A DNA stretch of 64,000 nt from Octopus bimaculoides (GCF_001194135.2 NC_068984.1:65247106-65311105), one strand, 5' to 3'; numbered from the stretch's first letter, positions 49,536 to 63,515 are shown. Numbers and translations: made by a program. Notes: generated by a model not told the origin, from the letters alone.

Positions 49536-52500
49536 TTTGGGTGTAAACACACTATTTTAAATTTAGCTAATCATATTAATAAAGAAGGCTTGGTAAAAAC
49601 ATTACTGCATAGAATATGGCATAAGTACATAGAAAAACAAACTTCAGTGATAATGATTTTAATAAAAATTATCTTCATTGAAATAGAATGTGTTTAACTA
49701 AAACTATTATTTTGTCACAGAATAGTCACCTGGTTTCATTATCCTTCTAAAACAATATCTTATTCTTAATGGTCAATCATAAATAATTTCACATAGTATT
49801 TAGGGATTTTATATATCTTCGTTTGTAAACAATAACAGTGTTGTTAGAAGCAGGTATCCAGTGGGTCAATCATTAGTTCACTGCATGAGAGTAACAAAGA
49901 CATCTCTGTGTAACTTGGTGCAGAGCAACTATCAACATAGAACTTTGTGTGAAGAGCATTGGATATCTAAATCCTTCACTACAAGCTAGCATACAGTTCC
50001 TGTGGTTATGGTACAAGACACATATCCAATGTTCCATGCAACACAATGAAATACAGAAAGCAATATGGTTATAAATCAAACCTCTTAATCATACTACCAT
50101 ATTAAAAAATATATACCTTCTGTAGGTCTTACTTTCTTACCATTAATTCTTCAGCAAAATTTCTAAGCATGAAAGTCTCTATATAAATGAACTTAACAAA
50201 TTCAGGAGTTTGATCCAGTGTTCATTAGTTTTATTTTGAAAATATAAATATGAAATTAATTTTAAGATGCCACAAGACAGAGGTAAAACTAAATTCAACA
50301 CCGTTTTTGTATTTACAACACAAATGAAGTTGAATTTTATATATTACTGTGTGCATAGCAATGATACTAAGACATTTAACTTCCATTTCTCAGAAGTCAT
50401 TTTTGGTTTTATTTGGCAACATGAATCATGACTTCAAAACATAGTTCCAACTGAATATTCATTTCTTTTTTTCTTGCTCTTCCAATATCACTGTTTCATT
50501 TCTGTTAGTATAGTGTTTATCCTATTTCTTAAAATTCCTGATCAGTTCTTTCTTATCTATCACTATGCCATGTATATCATTAAATACAGATGAAGTAATA
50601 AGTATATTGCTTCTAATAAAATGTGAAATCAGAAGAACACTGATTTAGAATATAGCTATCATTTTGCTTTTTTCAATGTTGGAGTTCATTGATTTTCAGT
50701 TAATAATTAAAGTATTGATAATATCTTGAGATAAATAAACCAATCAATAAGAAATAACTGTTTCATTGTAGCTGGAATTGCAAACAAAAAGAGTAAATAA
50801 CCAATGTAACCCATTTCATCAGAGAGCTTTATTTGCAGATTTTTTTCCTTGAGGTGCCATTTAATTTTTTTTTCTAGAACTTCTAGCAAGCTATATTCAG
50901 CTCATTAAGCTTTACAGATGTAACTTTGCCAACAGTATCTTTTCAATTTAAGAACGATGGCGATTGAGATCTATTTCAAATAAGAAAAGAAAATATTTCA
51001 TGATTTTTTTTGTTCACATTTCATTTACTTACACAGTAGTCATTAACTCTTAATAATGTTGACTATAATTACATGAATTTGGAATAATTCTTTATTGCTC
51101 TTATTATAGTGGAATGGATGCTGTGATATGACCATTAGATATTTCAAAAGTATATACATGTCTCAATTTCAGGTTTTGGCAATAATTATTTCACTTATGA
51201 TTTGTATTCTTCTGAGTGAGATACTAACATCAAAATATGTGACCTCATGCATAAAGATTAAAATTAAACCACTTACAAACCTAGCCACTATAATGGATCA
51301 ATTCACAAACTAAAAATATTTGGTACCTTTCAAAGATTTAAGTATTTTACAACCCGTCTGAGGATCAGTTTAAAATACATCAATGAAAACGTTACAATGT
51401 ACACATGAGATTTTTAGAAATCATTTTCAGCATAAAAGTAACTGGAAAGAGTATTTTGATATTTTCCCTATATTTCATTTGCATTCAGAAGTAATATGAC
51501 ATATTCTTAGACAACAGAACGACTTTTAGTAACGGTGTCAATGAACTTGGAAAAACTATAAATGCTTCAACATCTATTATTTTCATCACTGTAACTTTGC
51601 ATAAATATGATATATACACTTTTCTTTTGTAAAGTGCATCAAACAATTTTCAGATGATTAAATACAAGCTATCATTTTCATATACCCAGGAGATTTCAAC
51701 TCTATCGAATGACACAGAATAATCAAATTTCATGAAACAAGTTACATTTATGAAAATGAAAATAAAACAGTTGTATATCCAATCACATTTGATGTAATAT
51801 AAATGTTTGATTCTAATCATATGTCGTATGTTTAATGAATTAAAAGTAAAACTATTTCAAATAATTTAGTAGATCTATTTACAAGGAACCAATAATACAT
51901 TTATCATGTTATTATTCTAAGTTTAATTATTTTGAGTTCAACTGGCACAATACACTGTAGATTTGTAATGAATAATAGATTAATATTCATTACTGGTTTT
52001 AAGCCATTTAAAATGTAAAAAATACTTTTATAAATGATTTTTGAGGTCACACTGTGAATTAAGTTTCAGACTAAAGTAATATTTGTCATTTTTCAAGTCT
52101 TTGTTTTTTTATAAAAATAAAATTGCTATAAATTATGTTCAATGACACAAATTTTTAATATTTATATTTTTAAAAATCTATTTGAAATTAATGGAGATTA
52201 CTTAAACCTGAACAAAAGTCTTAAATACATTACAAGTGTATTTGTAAGTTCTAATTAACTTAGTGTCAATCTTTTGAAGAGAACCATGTTTTGTACAAAG
52301 GTAACAACATTTCACTTCTATAAAAACATTCAGAAATATTGAAAGAATTTAAATATTTAAAAACCAAAATCATAATTATGAAGTGCAGAGTAAACATTTT
52401 ACATGAATATATATATATATATGAAAATTATTAAATATTTTGAGATGAAGTTATATTAAAATTACAGGTATAGAAACAAAAAAAATCCTATTAATCAATA

Positions 52501-54514
52501 TCAGTATGAAAATAATGAGAAATATTGTCAAAACAAATCTCTAAACACATATTTTTTATTATTTCCAGAATTTATAAGCATCTCAAAGTGCTTCTGTGAA
52601 GCATTTCTTATACTAATAACATTACAAGGGAAAATGTGTAAAGTTCACACAACACATACTAAAAATGTATAATCATTCAAAAAAGCTTGAAAGATAGAAA
52701 ACCAAATTTTGAGTGTGCATGAGCTTGCAGTAAATAGAACAATTCTCATTACCTGGATTTACGGCATTGCTTAGATGTATAGAATATGTCAGTGCTAGGA
52801 TAATCCCTTGTAGGATATTCACCATCTGAAATAAACCAAAAAAAGTTCTAATTTAACTTTCATTTGATAATCAGAAGATAAATGAGATTATTACAGTGAA
52901 ATGCAAAGATACATGAAATCTAAATTTCACACTTTATTTTCATTTAGAAGAAAAAAGTCTTCAAATCAGTTTTACTATTGTTTAAGCTACATTACATTTT
53001 ATATCATGAAACAAAAAAGAAAGAATAGTGTTATGGCTTATCAAGTTCTGAGAGATTGGCAGTATATTCAAAAATGTATGTCTTTTTTCACTTCTAAATT
53101 TCTATTCTAAGCCTTTAATTCTTCAGCCACCATGCTCAGCTTGATGATAAAAACATTTCGTAGCAACAGGAATTACACTAACAATACATAGCCTGCATTT
53201 TTATTTCATGGAAAAGTATATCAAATAAAATTAAATAAAAAAACAAAATACTGGGAAGAGACAAAGGAAATAATGATGGTAGGCTGACTGGAGATTTTTA
53301 GTGGAAGAAACGCCATAAGAGCTTTAACATTGAAATGATTTGATACTTGAAAATTAATTATCAAAATATTTTCTCCCCTATCTAACTAAATGGTGAAATT
53401 TGACATTATTAATTTCTAATTCTTTTTCTTTTCTCATAAAATTTAAAGAAAAACAAATGACACTAAAATATTGATTGCTGATGATAACTAAATTCTATAA
53501 GAAGGATTAAATCGAAAAGCAGAGGTAACAGTTGTTAGACAAAGCATTCAGAATGCTGCTGTGTTCAAAATGTTACCAAAAGAAATTTATAAGGAGGAAA
53601 AGACAAAAACAAAACAAGAAAAACTTTTGTAGTGCTAAATCAAGTTGCATGAAATTCTTTTACTAATTTTCAGCTTCTAATTCATTGAAATGTTCTAAGT
53701 ATTTGGTGGAAAATAATTTGCAGAATGTGGTAAGTTAATAACAGATGACAATTAAAAATAAAATACTTCTAAATACAACTGTTTCCCACTAAAGCTGAAA
53801 AAAAAAATAATATAGTAATGAGATTGATAATTAATGTGTATGCAGATTTTGAAATTGAGATTTATACAAATAACATAAGTAGGAGGAAGGTGAAAGAAAA
53901 TTTTGTAAATATAAAGGGAATAAAATTCTTTATATAATGTCTTTATATAATTCTTTATATAATGTTGAGAGAGAAAGAGAGAGATGTGAATGAAGAAAGT
54001 CAGAGATATAATAAGACATACAGGGAGTTAAAGCAAGAACATTTTAAAGTAATTGTAAAAGCCATTGACTGGTTTTCTTATGTTTACAGAGTTTTATAAA
54101 TTATGTAAAAGCATGTGTGGGCACATCATATCCCTATTCTCTCACTATTACATTTGTTTCCATGAAAAAGACTCTCAGTGTTTAATTTTGTGTTTAATTT
54201 TTGAAGTTGTTTTCCATGAATTTTGATGTGAAATTGTGTTGAAATTAACATGTTTTTTACTTATTCTTTCTAAATGTTTTTTTTTACTTTGGGAGGGACA
54301 TTTTGCCTGTAAAAACATGCACTGTTTATAGCTCACTTCAGTTTCATTGTTCATTAATTAATTCTTATTGATTGGTTTATCGTAATCATTTCATCACATT
54401 TCTTCAGCTTTTGCAATGATTTCAAATATTTTTCAATTTGCAACTCATTCTCTTTCCTTCTATTTATTTAGTTGTCAAGTATTTACATTTATCAAGAAAG
54501 TGAATGCATCGTTA

Positions 54515-54626
54515 AATGTTTATATGTTGTCAGACGTTTATATGTTGTCAAATGTTTATATGTTGTCAAGCAAGAGAGTGTGTTGTCAAACATTTATGTG
54601 CTGTCAAGCAAGTGAGCCTGTTGTCA
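54515..54626 (+). repeat. Six-unit 18/20-bp tandem array, each unit ending TGTCA
   Basis: Unit starts 54515, 54533, 54551, 54569, 54589, 54607; pattern A-A-A-B-A-B. Confidence 0.9.
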
Positions 54627-54900
54627 TGTCTCTATTCATTGTGTTCCTTTTTATTTTAGCTTCTATTCTTTTTTAAATTTCCATTTGCTTATTTATATCT
54701 TTCTTGGTGCTAACTTAAGAATGTATGAGTGAGAGTGTGTTCACAGTTTGTAGGTTGTAAGTGTGCATGTGTATAGTTCATATGTTGTGTGCATGTATGC
54801 AGTTTGAAGCTATGTTGTGTTCATGGTTTGGGTGTGTATCTGTGTGGTTAACTTTAGGCGACTTTAATCACTTTATATATTATTTTTTTTTTATTTCTAG

Positions 54901-54982
54901 TGGTAAGGATAGAGTTGTTAATATATTTATTCCTTCTACTGATGATGGGCGACAGTTCAGAATCTGTTTCCAGACTGCATAG
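54901..54982 (+). CDS. Candidate terminal exon of unknown gene
   Basis: Poly-T tract plus TTCTAG ending at 54900; frame reads (S)GKDRVVNIFIPSTDDGRQFRICFQTA*. Confidence 0.2.
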
Positions 54983-55947
54983 CAACTCTGTCGCCTAATG
55001 GGGTAACAGATTTTTAGGATGTGTAGACAGAAATTTTATTTCAACATTATTTATTGATCGGCTGTGTTTCTGTATGACATGAGTGAACTATGGATTTCTA
55101 TTCCTTTACCTTGTTTCATACCATTGTTCTCTGTCCTTGCACGTAAACAACAGGCTGTGTCTTATATATAAGCTTTACTGTTGTCTTTACACAACTCATC
55201 AATGCACATTATATTACATACTACACTCCTTTAAATTTCCTCGTCTTTTCTTTACCAATCACACTCTACCTATGTTTGGCCCTTTACTCTGGTGGTGGTG
55301 GTACTGTCTCTTCTACTCAATCCTACTCCCTTTTGCCTCCTCATGACAAGCTTGCTTATATTATAATTAATCCCTTCAAAAGCTCCCTCTTTCTTTTTCT
55401 TAATTTTTTTCTTTCTTTCTTTTGTATCCCTCTTTAAATTGCTTTTCACCTTTCACCTAATTCGCTATGTACGATCAACCAGTTTCCTCTGCAGATGTAA
55501 TTATTGAAATATATTGGTTATATTGTCTGGAAATAACACATTAAATAATACCTACTCTTTGCTTAACATTATATTCATTTTTAAACTCATTCTTAATTAT
55601 GTATGAGTGCACACATCACATGCATATAAAATTTACAGCACTTGATCTGGATATTATATGCATCTGATGTGTGTGTGTGTGTGTGTGTGTGTGCGCGTGT
55701 TCACGTGTGTGTGTGTGTGTGAGAAAGAGAGAGAGATCCATAATTTCTGAGATCATGGATCTACACTTTTTCTGGGTGCAGGCTTTGGCATGAAGTTTTG
55801 GAGTACCAGACATTGCTAACACCGCAAATTTCAACTTTGTTTCACTACTCTGATTCAAGGACGGGTAGGAGCCAATACATTTGGTTTCAGTGTTGTCACT
55901 GAAGTAGTAAGAACAATGTTGTAGACTGCTCTGCAATCGTCTCATAG

Positions 55948-56052
55948 ACTTCAGCTCCAGATTTTCTCCCTGAATTATCTCCTGAAGACTTACAAAAGGT
56001 TATATATAGCTGCAGAACTATGAAAGTTTTTAAATCAGTTTCTTCTATTAAG
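55948..56052 (+). CDS. Candidate symmetric 105-nt internal exon (or part of a decayed coding relic)
   Basis: CTCATAG acceptor, 35 open codons TSAPDFLPELSPEDLQKVIYSCRTMKVFKSVSSIK, consensus donor AAG|GTGAGT at 56053. Confidence 0.3.
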
Positions 56053-56200
56053 GTGAGTTGTCAATCATTGTTGATGATGCCCATCACTATCTCTTTGAAT
56101 CAACTGTTTTTAGTGCACCAGTGATCGGTCTTTACTCTTTCATCATTCAACAGTAAAAGATTTCTGTGCTAAATCACTCAACTAGACTTTGTTGCCAGAG

Positions 56201-56272
56201 TTTGTTTGTGTTGGATGCTGTGGAGAAATTTTTTGACAAAGAACTTCTCTCATCCGTCATTCACAGACACCC
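56201..56272 (+). pseudogene. Disrupted C2H2-type zinc-finger-like remnant
   Basis: FVCVGCCGEIF*QRTSLIRHSQTP fits F-x-C-x3-C-x3-F-x5-L-x2-H-x3-(H>P). Internal TGA; the final CCC is one base from CAC. Confidence 0.3.
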
Positions 56273-56407
56273 TTGTAAATGAATTAAATGTGAATTCAAT
56301 AATGACTATTATCATGATAATGACAAAAATGAAGAGGTTGAGTCAAAGGAAGGTAAAATAATAGGGGAAGATGGGCCTGAAACGAATGGATAAAAGAAAA
56401 TGTTTAA

Positions 56408-56628
56408 CCCTTTAGTATTCAGCTTACTCTGTCAAATGTAATGCTTATTTATTCACCTTTTTTAAAAATTACTTGTATATTATCTTATAGCCTAGAGATT
56501 TCAAAGATGAAATTATTTATTTTTAGAATGACATTGTATGGAAGGTGTGAGATGCTGAATCTGGCCAGTTTGAAAATAAAACAGGTAGAATATTTGGGTC
56601 AGATATGGTCAGTTTAAATGCTAAAGGG
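56408..56628. mobile_element. piggyBac-type MITE (221 bp)
   Basis: TTAA at 56404-56407 and 56629-56632. TIRs CCCTTTAGTATTCA and TAAATGCTAAAGGG pair 12/14. No ORF. Confidence 0.85.
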
Positions 56629-58356
56629 TTAATATATATTTAAAAGATAAGAGACACAAAAGTAATACATCAGGATTATCATTAAATTACCTCTTTGACA
56701 GCTGTATGAAGTACACAGCCTACAAGTTTAAATATGTTTGTATTTTTTTAAATCAAGAAATTCAATAGGGATTTCATAAAATAGCTAACATTATCATTAT
56801 TAAGCTGGGTTTTGTGACAAAACTTAAAATGATTGCACATAAAACTATGATAGATGGGTTTTTAATTTAAATTTGAATACTTTAAAACATGTGGTTTTAT
56901 ATCAAACAATCAGAGGAAAGCAGGTTATAATTAAACAAATTAAAGAAGTTCACAGAACATGTTTTGTTTCTGTGCACAATGACAATTGATGACATTAGCC
57001 AAGATATACAAGACGTTGCATGCACTAGACAATGATGATGATGTCTCTCTAGTAATAATATATGTATTAAATGGAATGTTTAAGCTCTACATACAGCAAT
57101 AAATTGATTTGATGGATGAGTGATAAAGGAACCATGTTTTTATGTGCATGGATATCCCTTGATGCATTTAAAGAATGGAATCTAAGCATATTTTATATGG
57201 TTATACACCTCAGAATGAATAAATAAAATTGAATATTCATTTTGGAAAGAGGTCTGTATCCTCAAATTTATCTGATGCTAGAGGATGCAGAAAAGCTGGA
57301 ATCAAAATACATATATCATGTTATTTTCATGAATCCTTGTAATATCTCATTCTAGTCTGGATCTAACACTTTGATCATTAAGTAACGATATTGTTAATGA
57401 GCATGCTAAGTGAATTCAATAATAAATGAATATTAATTTATCTTCATGGAAAAAAATGAGGAGTAGATGCAAGCTCCTCTCCTTTGTAATCTTTGTATAT
57501 ATTATCTTCCTACTTCCATACCTCTACTGATTTCAATGACAAACTTCAAAAATAATGAAAAATTTATAAATCTTTAAATAAAACATGGCACAGTAGAATA
57601 TTCTAGCCCCATTTAAGCTAACAGAAGAAATTACAAAATTAAAGCAAGAATGAATTTGGATTTAATCTATATCACCATGGAGATAATGAAATTAAGTATA
57701 AAACAATAATATATCTCAGGGCAAGGCAATTTACATAATTCTTGGACACAGATCAATCTTGGTAATGTTGTTATAACTATTCAAAGCAAACTTACTATTG
57801 TTAGCTTTCTGTGTATATATGTTCTAACTGAAGCAACAGAAAATTTAAACTATATAATTGATTAATATTGTGACCAAATAAGAGAAACCTTAACAATGAT
57901 AAATAAAATACTATACACATGCACACACACACATTATCTCACTTTATATCCCATTTATACTGTGTGTATCTTGTGTGATAAGGAGCATTTATTAAGATGA
58001 TGCCACCTACAAGACTTATCTGATTTCTTCTGAATTTCACAATCATCAGAGTGCAAATGAAATGATTAAATTCAGTGTTTACATAGAAAATTGAAAGGCA
58101 CTGGAGATAAACAGCAATTTACTATTTAATACTAGTTAATATATGATATTTTAAAGTACATGAAAGAAATTGGAGATGAGAAGGAAAGAGAAAATTCATT
58201 AAGGGTAGTACTAGAATCATTGACTTTTATTTGATAAGAAAACATTGAGATTCTTTTAACTTGTTCATTAACGTTCTTATGGTGTATGCTACCCAATTTG
58301 CTATTCTTTTGCTTGTCTCCATCATCAGAATGTGACCATGTTGGGGCACCAACTTG

Positions 58357-58550
58357 ATAATAATGATTTGAAATTGGTTAGCAATTTTAGAAAAGGGGGA
58401 TACTTGATTATATCAACTCCACTATACATCTAATATTTATTTTATTGACCCCAAAAGGAGTAAAAGTGAAATTAACCTTAGCAGAATTTGAACTCAGAAG
58501 ATAATGCCAGAAAAAATGCCACTAAACATTTTATCCACCATGCTAACTAT
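58357..58550 (-). mobile_element. Diverged SINE (family of 19716-19938)
   Basis: + strand TTTATTGACCCCAAAAGG...GAATTTGAACTCAGAA...CATGCTAAC is the reverse complement of the head and central domain. Confidence 0.7.
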
Positions 58551-58565
58551 ATTAATATTTAAATT

Positions 58566-58566
58566 A

Positions 58567-58662
<96 letters not shown>
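58566..58662. repeat. (TATC)n(TA)n microsatellite
   Basis: Direct inspection. Confidence 0.97.
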
Positions 58663-58665
<3 letters not shown>

Positions 58666-58733
58666 AATGTAAACATTATTGATTGCACATATATAGTGTA
58701 TGTGTTTTTGTTTATATACCAAATTTGCTACAG

Positions 58734-58840
58734 GATAGAGTCAGGAGGAAAGCTCCCAGAATGACACCAATTATCAAAGAACACCTGAATGTCACAGACC
58801 AAGCAAGACAAGTCAGAATCACCAAGAATGGTAGATACTG
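58734..58840 (+). mobile_element. Probable remnant of RTE-type ORF2 extreme C-terminus
   Basis: DRVRRKAPRMTPIIKEHLNVTDQARQVRITKNGRY* resembles the GRRRRGRPR-TW-D-IKEDL...A-DR--WR terminus of RTE ORF2. Confidence 0.35.
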
Positions 58841-60265
58841 ATATTTCACCATTCTTGGGGTTTTATCAATACCCTGTACTTGGACCATCTCAAAATGAAT
58901 TGAGTTGCTGGACCATGACTTTTATGTAAATAAAGTGAAATCTGTTTACTGATATGCTGTGCCATAGCACATGTGAGGGGAAATCAAATTATGACCAATG
59001 ATGCTAGTATCACTAGAGCTGCATTTAATTCTGAGTCTATTAACTGCAATTTATTTTTGTATGTCAGTGACAGAAATTTACTAAGCAATATATAGATATA
59101 TTTGTTCATAGATATATTTGTGGAATTATTCTTATTTTACATTTATAGTGCAGTCATAGACTTTGTTCACGTACACTAAATGACAGAATGTTATTTATTA
59201 TTATTTTAAGAATAATACATTAAAACTGGTGCATGTCTTTCATTTTCTCCAATGTGTATTCTCACCAAGCATTCATCTTTGATATCTTCTTGATGTAGTT
59301 ATTCTTTACGTATTCTATACCAAATGCACTAATATCTTTTATTTAAACTTACTGATCCTTTCTATTTTCAAAGTATATCTCTCAACGACAGGAAGTCTTT
59401 TCTCAAACACAGTAAATGAAGTGAAGAAAACATAGACTTTCTTGAAACAATGATGTTCTTTACACAAAACTCAGCTTTCATGTCTAAAAATATGCATCGC
59501 CTAACTAGTATAATAGTTTTTTGTTACCTGGTTGAATAGAAAATATCATATGATGTGACTGATTTCTGGTATGATTATTTCCATGTATTGTATTTTCTAT
59601 ATAATATTTTATTCTCAGAAAGCAATAAATCCACTCATATGGTGCAAAGCAATGGAAGGAAAGTTAAATTTTAGGCAACAGCAAATAACTCAAGGAAATG
59701 TTAATTATTCTTCTTGGAGAGATAAAGCACAACAAAATTTCAAATCACCTTGAAACTCTTTCTAAATATTACTTTAGATATGAACAGCAGAAAATCTCTA
59801 TGCATTCTACCTAAATTGAATTTTCATATCTTCTTATGCAAATTACATTATCAATAGATGGAAATAACAGGATTTATTTGTACTATCTCTTTAATTGTAA
59901 TGCATTTCAATTAAAAAAAACTCAGCATAACTGATGGTCATGAAAACTAGTATTCAACTTTATCCATCAATCTTTATCATTTTCCTACTATTTATCCCCC
60001 AAATAAAATTGATGCATTTACAGTTCATATCTATGTAGTATTATAGTATTATGTAGTTTAAATTTCAAGAAGATTTGCTTGTGTTTAGCATGCAACCACA
60101 TTACGTATATCTAACCAACTAGTCTGAAGCAAACTAGAGAAAAGGTCTTGTCTATTTAATATTGCCCTTGTCGCGTTGCACAAAAACACAAATCATCTAA
60201 TCAAACATCAAGTATACTGATCAAATTGCATAATGAAGATATGTATGCACATTTGCTCAAAAGGG

Positions 60266-60296
<31 letters not shown>

Positions 60297-60431
60297 TTAT
60301 CTCTTCACACACATACACACACACATATGTATGAATATACACTCGTGTTTGTGAGCATGCACATTTATCAATGCAGCAAGTGAGTTAAAGATGCTTTATG
60401 ATATCCAGTTCACTCTTCTCAATTGAATACA

Positions 60432-60447
60432 CCACACACACACACAC

Positions 60448-60522
<75 letters not shown>
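60432..60522. repeat. (CA)n microsatellite, ~45 units, slightly interrupted
   Basis: Direct inspection. Confidence 0.97.
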
Positions 60523-60525
<3 letters not shown>

Positions 60526-61002
60526 TAGATTTATTTTTCAGTTATTCATGGTACAATAAAATAGATGCTGGTATGATTGAAGAGTGAGTGGAACTCCAAC
60601 AAGATTAGCATTTTGCTTAGTAACCACACATCTCTACCCAACCCAAACATTCCCTTTCCTATATTTATATTCTGTCTATTTACCAGCAGTAACATCATAA
60701 TAAGATTGTACAAAATATATTGTTGATATATGGATGACATGTCTTTGCTCTAGAGTGATGGCATTTTGAGTTTTTCAACAGTTCAACTTTAGAAAAACTT
60801 TGATTTCATGTGCTTTCAATAAATCTTTTATTCTCTCTTAAGGAAGGTAACTTTACGTAACTTTCATCATAAAAACCTTTAACCCAGTGACTTTCAGTAA
60901 AGACCTGCTGACTGTAAGAGCCGATAAGGTTGAAAATATGAAAATTATTCCTAATGTCTCTTTCTGTAAATATTGTACACAATTTCAAATGCACATACAC
61001 AT

Positions 61003-61048
<46 letters not shown>

Positions 61049-62059
61049 TCAATAGCACACATACACATACATGCATATATTCAAAACTGTTTTCTTTTTA
61101 AATCCATCAGTTGAAATAACTGAAGATGACAACATCAAGTCCATGAACAATAATTTTAATAATACTACATGTTTGCAAAATAAACTAAGTGATGCAACAT
61201 TATTGATGCTTGGGTAGAAAATTTATCCATAATGTAAATGTTGCAAGATTTATGGAACAGGAAAATGATTCCCAGTGCTTGAAAGTACAAACTATAATTC
61301 ATTTAGCCATCATTATACTTCCAATTAACTTAACAGTTATTCTTAAGTAGCAGAAAGAAATGGTCTACATCAAACAGATTTGGTGTTTTTGTGTGTTGAA
61401 CCATTATGTAGTGGGTTAGAGTATATCAAAACATCTGCCTAGACCTCCAGTATATATGGGGCATTTTGATTCCAGAAAATGAAGTAGCCTGTAAAATACT
61501 TGCTCTCTTGATAAACTATATACAAAGCTTAATAATGTGATTAAACACAGACATGCATATACAGTAACATGATTACACTAATATAAATGCTCTAGAATAG
61601 CTTTGGTTGCAATGTCTAAAAAGAAACCAAAGAGCTTTAAAAAAAAAAACTGAAGAACATATACATACATTCATTATCAATTTTGAAGATATATAAGAGA
61701 TGCAAATATTCAAACCATTACTTTCTTTGCTCCAAACTCATATCATGAAGAAGGGCTACAGATTTTTATATAAATAGGCACCTAGTACCCAACAGACTTT
61801 TTCCCTTGTTATACTCTAATAATGAAGGGCTTCTGTTCTATATTTCAAATGACGGTTGCCATACCCCATTGATCTTAGTCAAAGAACAATTATTTTTATT
61901 TATCTTACTTGCAATGGAATCCTGTTTTATGAAATTGCATGATCGATAGCTTACAGAAATTTTATTGAATATGTTTTGTTCTACCTTTAGAGATTCTCTT
62001 TGATCTTCCAGATTATTATTGCATTATGATGTATGTTTCAAGTATTAAACATGTGTAAA

Positions 62060-62330
62060 TGTTCTATTTGACATAATAAATATCAGTTGGAGCCCAATAC
62101 AACAATGTGCTGCATTCAATTTTCCACTCCAAACACCTAAAAATTTCTCTATATCAAGTTATAGTTGAGAAAACCAAATAAGGAGAGTTGACAATGTTCA
62201 TATATAAATTAATTGGATATCACATCAACCATTAACAAGTAACAGATCAAAATCTAACCAGCTAAGCCCTAGACCTTGTTGTCATTTGACAACATAGACT
62301 GGCAGACATTTAAATATATTCACTGGTTTA
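62060..62330 (+). mobile_element. Possible very degenerate CR1/L2-like RT C-terminal remnant
   Basis: KYQLEPNTTMCCIQFS then YKLIGYHIN loosely match the LNP-K---M-FS and FK-LGV-I motifs in correct order. Confidence 0.3.
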
Positions 62331-63515
62331 TAGAACTGATAAGCTTCAAGAGACAAGAAACACATTTTCAAAGGAATACTTGATGTACTAATATTAGTAA
62401 ATGCAAATCTGCAGTTCAAATCAATTCTTGTTCCTAAAATAAAAAGAGAGCTTTTACTGATTACTTACCAAATAACAGAAACAATATAGGAATCACTTCC
62501 TTTTGATCTAAGAGCAGAAAGAAGTTCCAGAAAACATTTTATTGCAAAATTCCATTTAAATTTGTTCCAAAATCTAAAATGTTTACTTTTCTCTCTTTGC
62601 TTTTTCCTGTGTTTATGACCATGACGGCCAATGAAAACAGCAGTTAGTTCTCTAAAAATGGGGAAAAAACCTATGGAAATCTATTAGCCAAGAAAGAGCT
62701 ATAATAATTCTTATACGGTTAGTTGCTCCCTGGTTTGTTCCAGACACAAAGCATTTCTGAATTAAAGAGGGAAAGTCAACAATCAAACCTATAATCCAAA
62801 TGATGTTCATAATTCCGGTTGTAATAAAATGTGTCTAACAACACACTAACAAACATACACACAGTATATGTATGCATTACGTGTGTGCATGCAGAAGTAC
62901 ACAAGCACACACATACAGCATTTTATACTATAAATTTTCTATGTCTACTAAACCGTTTCCTCAAACAGACAATTTTTTTTGCAGTCTTTCTTTTTGTCAT
63001 AGTGATGAAAAATGATGGTTTAGTGGTTGATTGGTGGACAAAATACAAGTGGATGACAGGTATAAGAGCTGCAAATTTTTTCATATATTACCAAGTCAAG
63101 ATCATATCCAAAGAGGAATTGAAGAAGACCCTAACACAGTAGAACATCAAAACAAATTGTTCATTGACTGGACAGCAGCTCATGGATATATTTTCACTTC
63201 ATAAATTGTCATACACACAGGTGTCCATCTGAAAGAAAGATTGTCAACTGTCACAAACAAACATCTAATATTATATTAGTTTCTGTTGCTGCTCTCGTTA
63301 ATTTTTTTTTCTTTTACTTATCAATCTATACTGTTTCTTATAATAGCCATAATATTTTATTACTGAAAAGTTATTTTCAATGTAGAAGCCTAACATTCAC
63401 AGCACTAATTCTACAGAGAAGCAAATACATCTAGATTTAGTTTGATGCTACTAATTCATCTATTCATGCACGTACACACATGTGTACACACGCACACACA
63501 CAAATGTATATATAC

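Noticed and set aside
57253-57292. 10-bp hairpin CTGTATCCTC/GAGGATGCAG
   Set aside because: Stem too short for a pre-miRNA and does not extend.
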